Shown piece by piece: positions 1 through 7,010 of a stretch of 58,752 nt of DNA. The notes below the pieces were generated by a model. That model had not been told where the DNA came from. It saw nothing but the letters and a program-made list of their open reading frames with translations, and made no database searches. The position numbers and the translations under genes are program-made. Source of the DNA: a virus. The stretch's first letter is position 1. Each line of letters starts with the position of its first letter. The stretch lies in IMG/VR virus record IMGVR_UViG_3300045988_036009; one strand, written 5' to 3'.

Positions 1-46
1 TTCTTAGGATCCTCTTTAGGTTTGTCCTCTGGTTTCTTAGGATCCT
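1..46. repeat. Terminal overlap: nt 1-46 are identical to nt 58707-58752 (circular closure / assembly overlap)
   Basis: Both ends read ttcttaggatcctctttaggtttgtcctctggtttcttaggatcct. Collapsing the overlap joins the two adhesin fragments in frame (1073+362-46 = 1389 nt = 463 codons). Confidence 0.9.
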
Positions 47-125
47 CTTTAGGTTCCTCTTTAGGAGTTTCTTCCTTAGGTTTAGGATCTTCTTTTGGTT
101 TTTCCTCTGGTTTCTTATCCTCTAC
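1..125 (-). repeat. 33-bp coding tandem repeat (Pro/Lys/Glu/Asp-rich 11-codon units), left part, degenerating inward
   Basis: ttcttaggatcctctttaggtttgtcctctggt repeated from nt 1, followed by diverged copies. Encodes KPEDKPKEDPK-type wall-spanning linker of the adhesin. Confidence 0.8.
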
Positions 126-1073
126 CTTAGGTTTGTTTTCTCCATCGGCTTTACCGCTGCCGGTTACAAATTGATAAGGAACATCACGATATTGCGAATT
201 GAAGTTATCTGCACTAAGAACAACGCTATTCAAATAACGCTCAGCTTGTTTGATAACCTTTGTACGATAGCTAATATATAACTGATCTGAGAGTTTATCA
301 GCAGACCAAGTGAAACCATTAGTATGGAATACCGGAGCAATCTTAGTTGCTTCAGATTCTTTTTCTTTCCAAGGGTTATTCGATTCGACAGCCACCATTT
401 TAAAGGAATCTTTAACATATTCTTGGTTTTCGTCCCAAGTGTCAGCCACTTTGACATTGACAAGGTCTTTCTTAGCGTAGTTAACGCGCATTGCCCATAC
501 AATTTCGCCTGGATGTTCTGCGTCCTCGCCTCCCCATTTCATAAGAGTTTCATCTTTACCAATAACACCAGTTTTACCAGTAGTAGTTTCAACCTTACGT
601 CCATTAAAATCAAGAGCTACTTGTTGATTCTCAGAAACCTTTTCGACATTCCATTGAGTTTTGATATCAAGAGAGAATGTTTTATTTAGAGGGTGCGATT
701 CAAAGTAGTCATTGAATACAGTTGTAACTTCATTGTTATCTTTGTTTGCGGTGGCTGTACCAACTTCTGTTCCTTCGTTATTATTAACTGGGAATGTGTA
801 GTTGTTTACTAATTTGAGCTCTTGAGGCAATCCAACAGTAATGCTGTCACCTTTGTTGATTGAAATATCATCTGGGATTTGGATATCATTTACTTTGACA
901 TCTACGTCAGCGTAAATAGTATCATCAGATGTAGTTACTTCAACCGAAGGATTTTGTACACGGATCGTTGTATCATCTTTTGTTACTACAGTATCAGCTT
1001 CATTAGCCAATACGCTTGGTGCAGTCAAAAGGGCAAGTGCAATAGTTCCAGTAAATACGATAGATTTTTTCAT
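1..1073 (-). CDS. Secreted LPXTG-anchored Cna/MSCRAMM-like surface adhesin, N-terminal part (ORF runs off the left edge; C-terminal part is 58391..58752)
   Basis: ATG at 1073 preceded by AAAGGAGA. Own translation: MKKSIVFTGTIALALLTAPSVLA/NEADT (Sec signal peptide), then ...LMKWGGEDAEHPGEIVWAMRVNYAKKDLVNVKVADTWDENQEYVKDSF (collagen-binding Cna-A-type motif), then KPEDKPKEDPK repeats. The frame stays open to nt 1. Absent from the ORF track because it is not stop-bounded inside the window. Confidence 0.8.
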   Translation of the reverse strand, partial: MKKSIVFTGTIALALLTAPSVLANEADTVVTKDDTTIRVQNPSVEVTTSDDTIYADVDVKVNDIQIPDDISINKGDSITVGLPQELKLVNNYTFPVNNNEGTEVGTATANKDNNEVTTVFNDYFESHPLNKTFSLDIKTQWNVEKVSENQQVALDFNGRKVETTTGKTGVIGKDETLMKWGGEDAEHPGEIVWAMRVNYAKKDLVNVKVADTWDENQEYVKDSFKMVAVESNNPWKEKESEATKIAPVFHTNGFTWSADKLSDQLYISYRTKVIKQAERYLNSVVLSADNFNSQYRDVPYQFVTGSGKADGENKPKVEDKKPEEKPKEDPKPKEETPKEEPKEDPKKPEDKPKEDPK

Positions 1074-1086
1074 GATAGTTTCTCCT

Positions 1087-1587
1087 TTAATTTAAATAGT
1101 TCGGGTCAACTACTTCCCGAATCCAGCTCAAAGTGTCATGACCTTTATCGATTCGGTCATACACAGTATCCAATACGTCTAAAAAATAACGAACCTTATG
1201 TTCGTCAACAACAGCATCTTTATGATGATTAAACGGTTCGAAATGGATCCTTTCTCCAATGACACTCTCCATCTCATCATAATAAAATCCCTCCGCGAGA
1301 GATATAATTAACTCATCGACGATCTTTCTGACAACGAACCACAATAAGAGATTGATATCTAATATTTGTACATTCTTAGGTACTGTGAGTAATCCTGCAA
1401 TATAATTGCGATACTCAGAATCCAGACTAGTCCGTCGCCAATTTGTAATCAGTCGATCGATATACCAATCGTCGATGAAAAATAACTCTTTGAGAGGAAG
1501 TTTACGAATACTCGTAACAATATAGTCATCGAATTCTACCTTAGTCAATACCAGGGTAGATTTTCGACAACCCTCCCTTTCACGCAT
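1087..1587 (-). CDS. Hypothetical protein, tandem paralog of 1580..2065
   Basis: 166-aa ORF. The ATG overlaps the upstream stop and GGAGG lies upstream. Block ILDINLLLWFVVRKIVDELIISLAEGFYY matches VLDMDLYYLRVARRIVDNILLSMLETSYY of the neighbour. Confidence 0.7.
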   Translation of the reverse strand: MREREGCRKSTLVLTKVEFDDYIVTSIRKLPLKELFFIDDWYIDRLITNWRRTSLDSEYRNYIAGLLTVPKNVQILDINLLLWFVVRKIVDELIISLAEGFYYDEMESVIGERIHFEPFNHHKDAVVDEHKVRYFLDVLDTVYDRIDKGHDTLSWIREVVDPNYLN

Positions 1588-2065
1588 CCTCTAGTACCTC
1601 CGAATAGTACTTCTCAAACTCCTCACGGAGCTGTTTGGTATTCTTAAATACGCGACTACCATCTTGATTTTCCTCAATTCGATCAAGGAGATCTGATGTA
1701 ACCTCGTAAATAAGATTGTATTGTTCTTTCTCTGCATCTGCGTATCCAAATACAGATTTGTAATATGACGTTTCCAACATAGACAGTAGAATATTATCTA
1801 CAATCCTACGAGCTACACGCAAGTAATATAGATCCATATCCAATACGTGCATCTCTGGTGGAATGGTCATGATGAATTGATAATAAGCTTTGTAATCCTC
1901 TTGTGCAGGACACTCACCTTTATCATTCTTACCGAGCCAGGAATTAATTCCCTCCTCGATATATTGTTTAGGTACGAGTAAGAACTCGTCCAAAGACATT
2001 GCTCGAATAATGGACGTGACTGTGTCTTTGAATTCGGCAGATGTCTTAACAATAGGTGTTGCCAT
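1580..2065 (-). CDS. Hypothetical protein, tandem paralog of 1087..1587
   Basis: 161-aa ORF, TAATG stop/start overlap with the upstream gene, AAGGAG RBS. Colinear similarity to the downstream ORF. Confidence 0.7.
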   Translation of the reverse strand: MATPIVKTSAEFKDTVTSIIRAMSLDEFLLVPKQYIEEGINSWLGKNDKGECPAQEDYKAYYQFIMTIPPEMHVLDMDLYYLRVARRIVDNILLSMLETSYYKSVFGYADAEKEQYNLIYEVTSDLLDRIEENQDGSRVFKNTKQLREEFEKYYSEVLEDA

Positions 2066-2391
2066 TATTTAGTCTCCTTGTATGTTGTTGCGATACCAGT
2101 AAGAGTATCAAATATAGATTTGTCGTTTGGTACTTCTACAGTGTAGGCTTTGAATTGATAAATATACTTTTTACCGACATCTAATTTATTTATTTCACCC
2201 ATGGAAATAATCAAGAATCGCGGTGTCTTGAAATCGTGTTTATCCATGATTGCGTTTGGATTAAAAGATTTACAGTTTTTCATCATGAATTCCCAACGTT
2301 TATATGTTGTTTCTAATAATTTTTCGTTGTCACTTGATACAACCAGAGAAAGGTCATCGTTTTGTACAATTTTGTATGTAGGTGTGGTCAT
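2065..2391 (-). CDS. Hypothetical protein
   Basis: 108-aa ORF with AAAGGAGA RBS 8 nt before the ATG. First gene after the terminator at 2408..2439. Confidence 0.65.
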   Translation of the reverse strand: MTTPTYKIVQNDDLSLVVSSDNEKLLETTYKRWEFMMKNCKSFNPNAIMDKHDFKTPRFLIISMGEINKLDVGKKYIYQFKAYTVEVPNDKSIFDTLTGIATTYKETK

Positions 2392-2407
2392 TATAAAATC
2401 TCCTTTG

Positions 2408-2439
2408 AAAAAAAAATGAAAGGGGCGGTAAACCCCTTT
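2408..2439 (-). terminator. Rho-independent terminator
   Basis: Minus strand reads AAAGGGG-TTTACCG-CCCCTTT followed by CATTTTTTTTT, 5 nt after the stop of 2445..2744. Confidence 0.75.
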
Positions 2440-2444
2440 AGTGA

Positions 2445-2744
2445 TTATTTAAAAATCGCTCGTTGAATCGGACTCCAGAGCTTGGATGCGATAATTCCAG
2501 TATGCTCTACGCCGAGCACAGCAATGCCAGCAGCTCCATTAATCACGGTGTTGAAAATGTCAATTGGCTTAACCTTATGTTTTAACTCCTCATTACGGAG
2601 CGCAATAAGTCGTGCCAACCGCTTTTCAACAGCGATTTGTTCTTCTTCTGTTTTTGCGTCTCGGAGTTTGAGCTTTTCCTTCTCAATCTCGCCTTCCAAG
2701 CTATCGAATGCGATAGCGTAAACAACTTTATCAATATCTTTCAT
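2445..2744 (-). CDS. Hypothetical protein with coiled-coil N-half and C-terminal hydrophobic segment
   Basis: 99-aa ORF, AAAGGAAGG RBS. C-terminal IDIFNTVINGAAGIAVLGVEHTGIIASKLW looks membrane-associated. Confidence 0.65.
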   Translation of the reverse strand: MKDIDKVVYAIAFDSLEGEIEKEKLKLRDAKTEEEQIAVEKRLARLIALRNEELKHKVKPIDIFNTVINGAAGIAVLGVEHTGIIASKLWSPIQRAIFK

Positions 2745-2764
2745 ATTGTTTTACCTTCCTTTCA

Positions 2765-3163
2765 TTATGGCCAATGTTTTTTCTGCGAGATTTGAGGAAC
2801 AGCAGCAAAATATCCACGTACGTTTCCTTCGAAATGTTTGTACTTCGGAGGATTATTAAGTGCAATATGTCCTTCCGGACGAGTTTCATCGACAATCAAA
2901 TCATTAGAATTCAATCTGAATGATACCTCGTATGTACCATATAGTTTACCAGCACTCAAATAACAATGAGTCTTTTTATTCCGATGGAACATATCCTTGA
3001 TCATCTCATAGAGATCTTGAGTAAATGGAATACGGAATTCTACATCATATCCTGGAACGTTATCCGCATACTCATAATCGAAGTTGATAATATTATCACT
3101 CAACAACAACGACATCACTTTCTCACCATTATCACAGATAAGTCTCACAATCCCTTTTGACAT
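2765..3163 (-). CDS. Hypothetical protein
   Basis: 132-aa ORF, TAGGAGGA RBS. Confidence 0.65.
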   Translation of the reverse strand: MSKGIVRLICDNGEKVMSLLLSDNIINFDYEYADNVPGYDVEFRIPFTQDLYEMIKDMFHRNKKTHCYLSAGKLYGTYEVSFRLNSNDLIVDETRPEGHIALNNPPKYKHFEGNVRGYFAAVPQISQKKHWP

Positions 3164-3175
3164 AATATTGTCCTC

Positions 3176-3496
3176 CTATTTGTCTTCTTTCAATAGTTCT
3201 TCAAATGCGCATTCTGGAGAATAATCCAGTTTATCTCCCTCAACATCTGCCAATACCTCCTTCATACATTCGTTCTTAAGGAAGCGTTCGTTGATTTCTT
3301 TGTTACGTTTATTTGTAGCACGTCGGATAACGGCATATGACGCAACCATAATACCGGCGCTTAAGACTGAAATATATGCGCTGTGAAGCTGCTCCTGATC
3401 AATACCATCGTATTTACCTTTAAGATATACAGCGTTAGTGAAATCATCACCAAAGTCAACAGCGTCTACTTTAACAAATTTACCAAAAAGTCCCAT
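3176..3496 (-). CDS. Small single-pass membrane protein, architectural paralog of 3499..3801
   Basis: 106-aa ORF, GGAGG RBS. Layout is GKYDGID...TM (AYISVLSAGIMVASYAVI)...basic/acidic tail, the same as its neighbour. Confidence 0.65.
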   Translation of the reverse strand: MGLFGKFVKVDAVDFGDDFTNAVYLKGKYDGIDQEQLHSAYISVLSAGIMVASYAVIRRATNKRNKEINERFLKNECMKEVLADVEGDKLDYSPECAFEELLKEDK

Positions 3497-3498
3497 AA

Positions 3499-3801
3499 TT
3501 ATTTACCTCCGAAAAACATTTCTTGAAATACATTTTGTGCGCGCTCGTCTCGATGAATCTCACGAAGAACTTCATCGGATGCTTCCTGACGCAATTTACC
3601 AACGTATTTGCTAACTCCGTAAACAATACCACCGGCGATTAATCCAGCTACGGCAATGTTTAATGCACCTTTCTTAGTTTCTTTCTCAAAGGATTCGAGA
3701 GTACTAATATCGTCGAATTTCCCTTGGTATTTGGAAACCACATAAGCCATGTCTTCTTTCTCGATAGACACTTCTAACCCTAGATTATTTTTAATAATCA
3801 T
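3499..3801 (-). CDS. Small single-pass membrane protein, architectural paralog of 3176..3496
   Basis: 100-aa ORF, AAAGGAG RBS. Layout is YQGKFDDIS...TM (ALNIAVAGLIAGGIVYGV)...charged tail. Confidence 0.65.
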   Translation of the reverse strand: MIIKNNLGLEVSIEKEDMAYVVSKYQGKFDDISTLESFEKETKKGALNIAVAGLIAGGIVYGVSKYVGKLRQEASDEVLREIHRDERAQNVFQEMFFGGK

Positions 3802-4091
3802 CGCAATACTCCTTTGTTTAAAATATAGAACTAATTGATAGCTCCTATAGACATATGACCAAATCTAAAAGGAGATTTTGTAAAGTTGTATCAAACGGTG
3901 AAATATGAAAAGATAAAAAATGCAATTAGAAAACGATCTGATCATATGCCCGTAGGAACTATCAATTGTTGAGTTTATAGCCGGCTTCAGACTACACAAT
4001 AGGATTTTTGTATGAAACACAGTGTAAAGAGAGTCTCCTTCTTTAATTATTTTGTACCTAATGTGCAGTATGAAACCGGCTATGCCGATTG
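3802..4091. promoter_or_regulatory. Largest non-coding gap (290 bp) with long-range inverted repeats; candidate regulatory / origin-like region
   Basis: 26-bp arms 3833..3858 (aattgatagctcctatagacatatga) and 3942..3967 are 22/26 complementary with an 83-bp spacer. A second 8-bp pair, atagccgg 3977..3984 / ccggctat 4076..4083. No ORF over 30 codons. Confidence 0.4.
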
Positions 4092-4400
4092 TTATTTAAT
4101 ATTGTAAATAGATTCTATATCACGAAGAGGAATATTTCTATACCCCATGACATAGTGTACTAAATCCATTTTTGTATGTATATCGTATATAGTATTCGGT
4201 GAAACGTCTAAATTATAAGCATTTGGAATTTGATTAGTCTTTGCTAATCCCGCAAAAGACACACCGCCCGCAATTACAAACTTGACATAAAAATCGCCTT
4301 TGATAGGATATGCGTATACCTTTGACAATCCTCCGTCTTTAGCAACAATAGGATTCTGTCTATTGATTTGAGTTGGTCGGGTGTGAAATTTGATTTCCAT
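4092..4400 (-). CDS. Hypothetical protein
   Basis: 102-aa ORF with AAGGAGGA RBS. Last gene before the 290-bp gap. Confidence 0.65.
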   Translation of the reverse strand: MEIKFHTRPTQINRQNPIVAKDGGLSKVYAYPIKGDFYVKFVIAGGVSFAGLAKTNQIPNAYNLDVSPNTIYDIHTKMDLVHYVMGYRNIPLRDIESIYNIK

Positions 4401-4614
4401 TCAAGTCCTCCTTGATTCTAATTAACTCGTTTTCAAGCGTATCTATTTCCTCCTGTTGTTTACCAATAGTACGCTCCAATCGTTGCATGCGAGTTTCCTC
4501 GATTTGGTGTTCACGGAATACTTGAGGTATCATATATGACACAACCAACAACACGCCAACAATTGTGATTGCGATAGACCATGCATATCCACGGTCACTT
4601 TTTGAGTGATCCAT
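4360..4614 (-). CDS. Small N-terminal-TM plus coiled-coil protein
   Basis: 84-aa ORF. TM segment YAWSIAITIVGVLLVVSYMI followed by heptad-like EETRMQRLERTIGKQQEEIDTLENELIRIKEDL. Weak RBS. Confidence 0.55.
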   Translation of the reverse strand: MDHSKSDRGYAWSIAITIVGVLLVVSYMIPQVFREHQIEETRMQRLERTIGKQQEEIDTLENELIRIKEDLNGNQISHPTNSNQ

Positions 4615-4858
4615 TCTTCGCTCTTTCTAACTCGAGTTGTTGCTTGTAATAAGTTGCCGCCTTGTCTCGAGTTTCCCAGCGGGCCTTATACATTTGTATT
4701 TGTTGATCTTTCGATAAGATCTTCTGCTCATATGTATGAGTGAAAGATATAAGAATACCAATAAAGCATAGCCAAGTAAGTCCTTGAATCAGCCATTTGA
4801 TTTTCTTCTCATCTCGCTCCATATCTCTCACAATAATCTCAATTGAAAATTCGTCCAT
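4595..4858 (-). CDS. Small TM plus coiled-coil protein
   Basis: Start moved to the internal ATG at 4858 (MDEFSIE...), which follows CAAAGGAGGTAGAC. TM segment WLIQGLTWLCFIGILISF, then a coiled coil. Confidence 0.6.
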   Translation of the reverse strand: MDEFSIEIIVRDMERDEKKIKWLIQGLTWLCFIGILISFTHTYEQKILSKDQQIQMYKARWETRDKAATYYKQQLELERAKNGSLKK

Positions 4859-4876
4859 GTCTACCTCCTTTGACAG

Positions 4877-4905
4877 AAAAAAGAAAGATACTAAATGTAC
4901 CTTTC
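4877..4905 (-). terminator. Rho-independent terminator directly abutting the RBS of 4595..4858
   Basis: Minus strand reads GAAAGGTAC-ATTTA-GTATCTTTC followed by TTTTTT, then CTGTCAAAGGAGGTA. The same 21-nt junction occurs at 6443..6463. Confidence 0.6.
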
Positions 4906-4999
4906 GCCATTTTATAGTGCTCGAATAATCCATAGCATAATCTTATAGAATATACCATAGAATACAAATTCAAACAACCATTTAATTGCTTTTAACATT

Positions 5000-5182
5000 T
5001 TAGTATCCTTCATTTCTAAGTTTCTTAAGTACTTTATGTACAGTATTTAAACGTTCACGGTGTGGTCCCTCGTCTGATACCATATATCCTTGCTTAACCA
5101 ATCTCTCAATATGAGATTCCTCAAGCACTGCGTATATAGATAAGCAGCGAAAACCAATTTCTCTAAACATTTTTCTGAACAT
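5000..5182 (-). CDS. Hypothetical small protein
   Basis: 60-aa ORF directly downstream of cassette copy P1 with its AAGGAGG RBS. Confidence 0.6.
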   Translation of the reverse strand: MFRKMFREIGFRCLSIYAVLEESHIERLVKQGYMVSDEGPHRERLNTVHKVLKKLRNEGY

Positions 5183-5210
5183 AATAAGTTCCTCCTTAAA
5201 TTATCTTTTC

Positions 5211-5235
5211 ATTATATAACGTGTAATTTCTGCGG
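5211..5235 (-). promoter_or_regulatory. Conserved promoter/leader cassette, copy P1
   Basis: Minus strand reads CCGCAGAAATTACA-CGTTA-TATAAT-GAAAAGATAATTTAAGGAGG-N9-ATG(5182). Overlaps the 3' end of 5212..5493. Confidence 0.65.
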
Positions 5236-5493
5236 AGGCATACCTTTCCAGCAGTCCTCTAAAGGAGCTCCTACAGGAACCGCTAGCAATTTATACTTCT
5301 TGCGAATATCGTTGATCTGTCTATAGATCTCACGAATACGCCATCTCGCCCAATCGCTTGGTCTAAATGTCCATCGTATACCATTCCACCGATGGATTGC
5401 ATCGCTAATAGTATCATAATATACATTAGTACTATCAAACAATAAATAAATCATATCTGTGTCGTTCAAATTAGTATACTTAATTGCTCCCAT
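5212..5493 (-). CDS. Hypothetical protein
   Basis: Start moved to the ATG at 5493 (MGAIKYTNL...), preceded by CAGGAGGGTAAT, 1 nt after the upstream stop. Confidence 0.6.
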   Translation of the reverse strand: MGAIKYTNLNDTDMIYLLFDSTNVYYDTISDAIHRWNGIRWTFRPSDWARWRIREIYRQINDIRKKYKLLAVPVGAPLEDCWKGMPPQKLHVI

Positions 5494-5494
5494 A

Positions 5495-5704
5495 TTACCC
5501 TCCTGGAAATTGTACTTTACGATTGATATTAACCAATACCTCATTATGATAGTCCAACAGCTTTTGCTGAGATTCTATCTTATACTCTAGTTTCTCTATT
5601 CGCTTGTCTTGGTCGGCAATTATACCGGCCATGATTAAATATAGTATGAAGAATCCCACTATACAAAATCCTATTAGTTTGAAATTACGATCTTCCAAAT
5701 CCAT
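5495..5704 (-). CDS. Small N-terminal-TM plus coiled-coil protein
   Basis: 69-aa ORF, GGAGG RBS. TM segment LIGFCIVGFFILYLIMAGII, then KRIEKLEYKIESQQKLLDYHNEVL. Confidence 0.6.
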   Translation of the reverse strand: MDLEDRNFKLIGFCIVGFFILYLIMAGIIADQDKRIEKLEYKIESQQKLLDYHNEVLVNINRKVQFPGG

Positions 5705-5720
5705 CTCTAACCTCCATTCT

Positions 5721-5754
5721 AAAAAAAATAAAGCTAGGTGTATAACCTAACTTT
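5721..5754 (-). terminator. Rho-independent terminator
   Basis: Minus strand reads AAAGTTAGG-TTATACA-CCTAGCTTT followed by ATTTTTTTT. Overlaps the stop codon of 5753..5950. Confidence 0.7.
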
Positions 5755-5950
5755 ATTTTTGATCTGTATTTGCAAATCGCAACACATTAACAGCAATAAT
5801 ACAAAGTCCTCCAACAATAACAGTTCCGTCTACCATCCCTTGAGCAAAACCTTTCATGCAACCTTTAACTAAGCTGTCTTCAGGTTTAACCTCAAGTTTA
5901 GTACCTTCGTAATTGTATAGTCCAAATAGACCTTTATTAATATTGAACAT
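5753..5950 (-). CDS. Small hydrophobic-C-terminus protein
   Basis: Start moved to the ATG at 5950 (MFNINKGLFG...), which carries the cassette RBS AAAGGAGGAACATATT. C-terminal GTVIVGGLCIIAVNVL is hydrophobic. Confidence 0.6.
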   Translation of the reverse strand: MFNINKGLFGLYNYEGTKLEVKPEDSLVKGCMKGFAQGMVDGTVIVGGLCIIAVNVLRFANTDQK

Positions 5951-5978
5951 AATATGTTCCTCCTTTAAATATCTTTTC

Positions 5979-6005
5979 ATTATAGTGTTTGTAATTTCTG
6001 CGAAA
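5979..6005 (-). promoter_or_regulatory. Conserved promoter/leader cassette, copy P2
   Basis: Minus strand reads TTTCGCAGAAATTACA-AACAC-TATAAT-GAAAAGATATTTAAAGGAGG-N8-ATG(5950). Starts right after the stop of 6006..6440. Confidence 0.65.
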
Positions 6006-6440
6006 CTAATATACTTTAGCAAAATCGTATAAGTCACTATCCGACATATACTCGCCTTTGTTGTTAACACTCAACCTAGGGAATTGCATCTCCCCAGAGT
6101 CGATAATATCGCCAAGAGTATCTACATACGCCCTAACCACCATTAGTAAGTTAGGTGCGTCTTTCTTAGATACAAACGCCGTCTGAGCTGTTAGATTCGG
6201 ATTAGGGTTCGGTGTGTGAATATAGATCCCATCGAAATATGATCGATCTGGATCCACGTAACCACGCAACACAATAAGTTGGTCATTAACCGTCATGTTG
6301 ATATATAACTCAATCCTATCTAACTTCTCGTTGTACTCACCCATAATATACTTATATTTAATTGAATATACTGTAGGGATTCTACGAATATTTCCTCTTG
6401 GCTTTCCTTTAGTCTTCTTTCTGACTTTGCTTACTGCCAT
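6006..6440 (-). CDS. Hypothetical basic-N-terminus protein
   Basis: Start moved to the ATG at 6440 (MAVSKVRKKTKGKPRG...), preceded by CAAAGGAGGTAAT. Confidence 0.6.
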   Translation of the reverse strand: MAVSKVRKKTKGKPRGNIRRIPTVYSIKYKYIMGEYNEKLDRIELYINMTVNDQLIVLRGYVDPDRSYFDGIYIHTPNPNPNLTAQTAFVSKKDAPNLLMVVRAYVDTLGDIIDSGEMQFPRLSVNNKGEYMSDSDLYDFAKVY

Positions 6441-6457
6441 ATTACCTCCTTTGACAG

Positions 6458-6481
6458 AAAAAAAAGAGGACAATTGTCCTC
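6458..6481 (-). terminator. Rho-independent terminator directly abutting the RBS of 6006..6440
   Basis: Minus strand reads GAGGACAATTGTCCTC followed by TTTTTTTT, then CTGTCAAAGGAGGTAAT-ATG. Lies 6 nt after the stop of 6488..6853. Confidence 0.75.
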
Positions 6482-6487
6482 GTAGAA

Positions 6488-6853
6488 TTATTTGTGCATA
6501 CTGAATAATTTAGCAGTCAATACCTCAACACCGATATACCAATGCCAATAAATTCGCCATACGGCCCAAATATCACCCGTGTCTTCATAGTGAAATACGT
6601 TTGCCATAATTCGGCTTACGTTGTATTCGATCTTAGAAAGAATCTTAAATTCCTTCTGACCCACAACATGCGCCTTATAAACAGACATTTCAATTTCCTG
6701 TGCAGTATCACGGATAAGTTCAATAGCCTTATCACGTTCCTTATTGTCAATTAGTTTTCGAATAAGTCCTGACCTTTTATTTACAATACGTTTAAGTAAT
6801 AAACCTACGCGTACATAATTGTCGTCTTTTGTGAAAGTTCGTGTATATAGCAT
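6488..6853 (-). CDS. Hypothetical protein
   Basis: 121-aa ORF served by cassette copy P3 and AAAGGAGG RBS. Confidence 0.65.
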   Translation of the reverse strand: MLYTRTFTKDDNYVRVGLLLKRIVNKRSGLIRKLIDNKERDKAIELIRDTAQEIEMSVYKAHVVGQKEFKILSKIEYNVSRIMANVFHYEDTGDIWAVWRIYWHWYIGVEVLTAKLFSMHK

Positions 6854-6879
6854 AATTGCTACCTCCTTTATATCTTTTC

Positions 6880-6909
6880 ATTATAGCACTTGTAAAGAGT
6901 GCGAAAAAA
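6880..6909 (-). promoter_or_regulatory. Conserved promoter/leader cassette, copy P3 (diverged upstream block)
   Basis: Minus strand reads TTTTTTCGCACTCTTTACA-AGTGC-TATAAT-GAAAAGATATAAAGGAGG-N8-ATG(6853). Confidence 0.6.
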
Positions 6910-6978
6910 GAAGAAGAGATGGAGTTGAACCATCGACAACCGTGGTGTTCGGTGCTCTCCCGCTGAGCTATCTTCTTC
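6910..6978 (-). ncRNA. Degenerate tRNA-like element (canonical acceptor, D and T arms; shortened anticodon arm)
   Basis: Minus strand reads (G)AAGAAGA-TA-GCTC-AGCGGGA-GAGC-ACCG-AACACCA-CGGT-TGTC-GATGG-TTCAACT-CCATC-TCTTCTT-(C), then TTTTTT. There is a perfect 7-8 bp acceptor helix and textbook TAGCTCAGCGGGAGAGC and GGTTCAACTCC boxes. Only 19 nt separate the D and T stems, where 22-23 are expected, so the anticodon stem is 3-4 bp and the loop AACACCA lacks U33. Confidence 0.5.
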
Positions 6979-7010
6979 ATTATAGTGTGTGTAATTTATG
7001 CGAAAAAAAA
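6979..7010 (-). promoter_or_regulatory. Conserved promoter/leader cassette, copy P4 (abuts the tRNA-like element)
   Basis: Minus strand reads TTTTTTTTCGCATAAATTACA-CACAC-TATAAT-G, followed immediately by AAGAAGATAGCTC. There is no RBS and no ORF. Confidence 0.55.

Noticed and set aside
1-46. Interpreting the 46-nt end identity as a physical direct terminal repeat
   Set aside because: It lies inside a protein-coding 33-bp tandem repeat and restores an intact reading frame when collapsed. This is the usual signature of a circularised assembly rather than of packaged genome ends.
3886-3972. Plus-strand mini-ORF (TTG start, 28 aa, YQTVKYEKIKNAIRKRSDHMPVGTINC) 11 nt after AAAGGAG in the 290-bp gap
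   Set aside because: It would be the only plus-strand gene. It uses a TTG start, has no recognisable promoter, and its 3' half is the right arm of the inverted repeat. There is not enough evidence to call it.
5979-6005. Similarity of the cassette (AAATTACAAACACTATAATG) to T7-class promoters (AAATTAATACGACTCACTATAGG)
   Set aside because: The spacing between the ATTA and CACTATA elements differs (4 versus 8 nt), and no T7-type single-subunit RNAP gene is present. I treat it as a coincidental resemblance, although a phage-polymerase promoter of another kind remains possible.
4870-6456. Perfect TTGACA hexamers on the plus strand at 4870..4875 and 6451..6456, as possible antisense promoters
   Set aside because: They are the reverse complement of the conserved CTGTCAAAGGAGG junction. 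No acceptable -10 lies 16-18 bp downstream on the plus strand at either site.
6910-6978. Calling the tRNA-like element a functional tRNA-Val (anticodon CAC)
   Set aside because: The anticodon arm is 3-4 nt too short, with only a 3-4 bp stem. Position 33 is A and position 37 is C. The -10 box of P4 ends 1 nt from the 5' acceptor strand. I report it only as a degenerate tRNA-like element.
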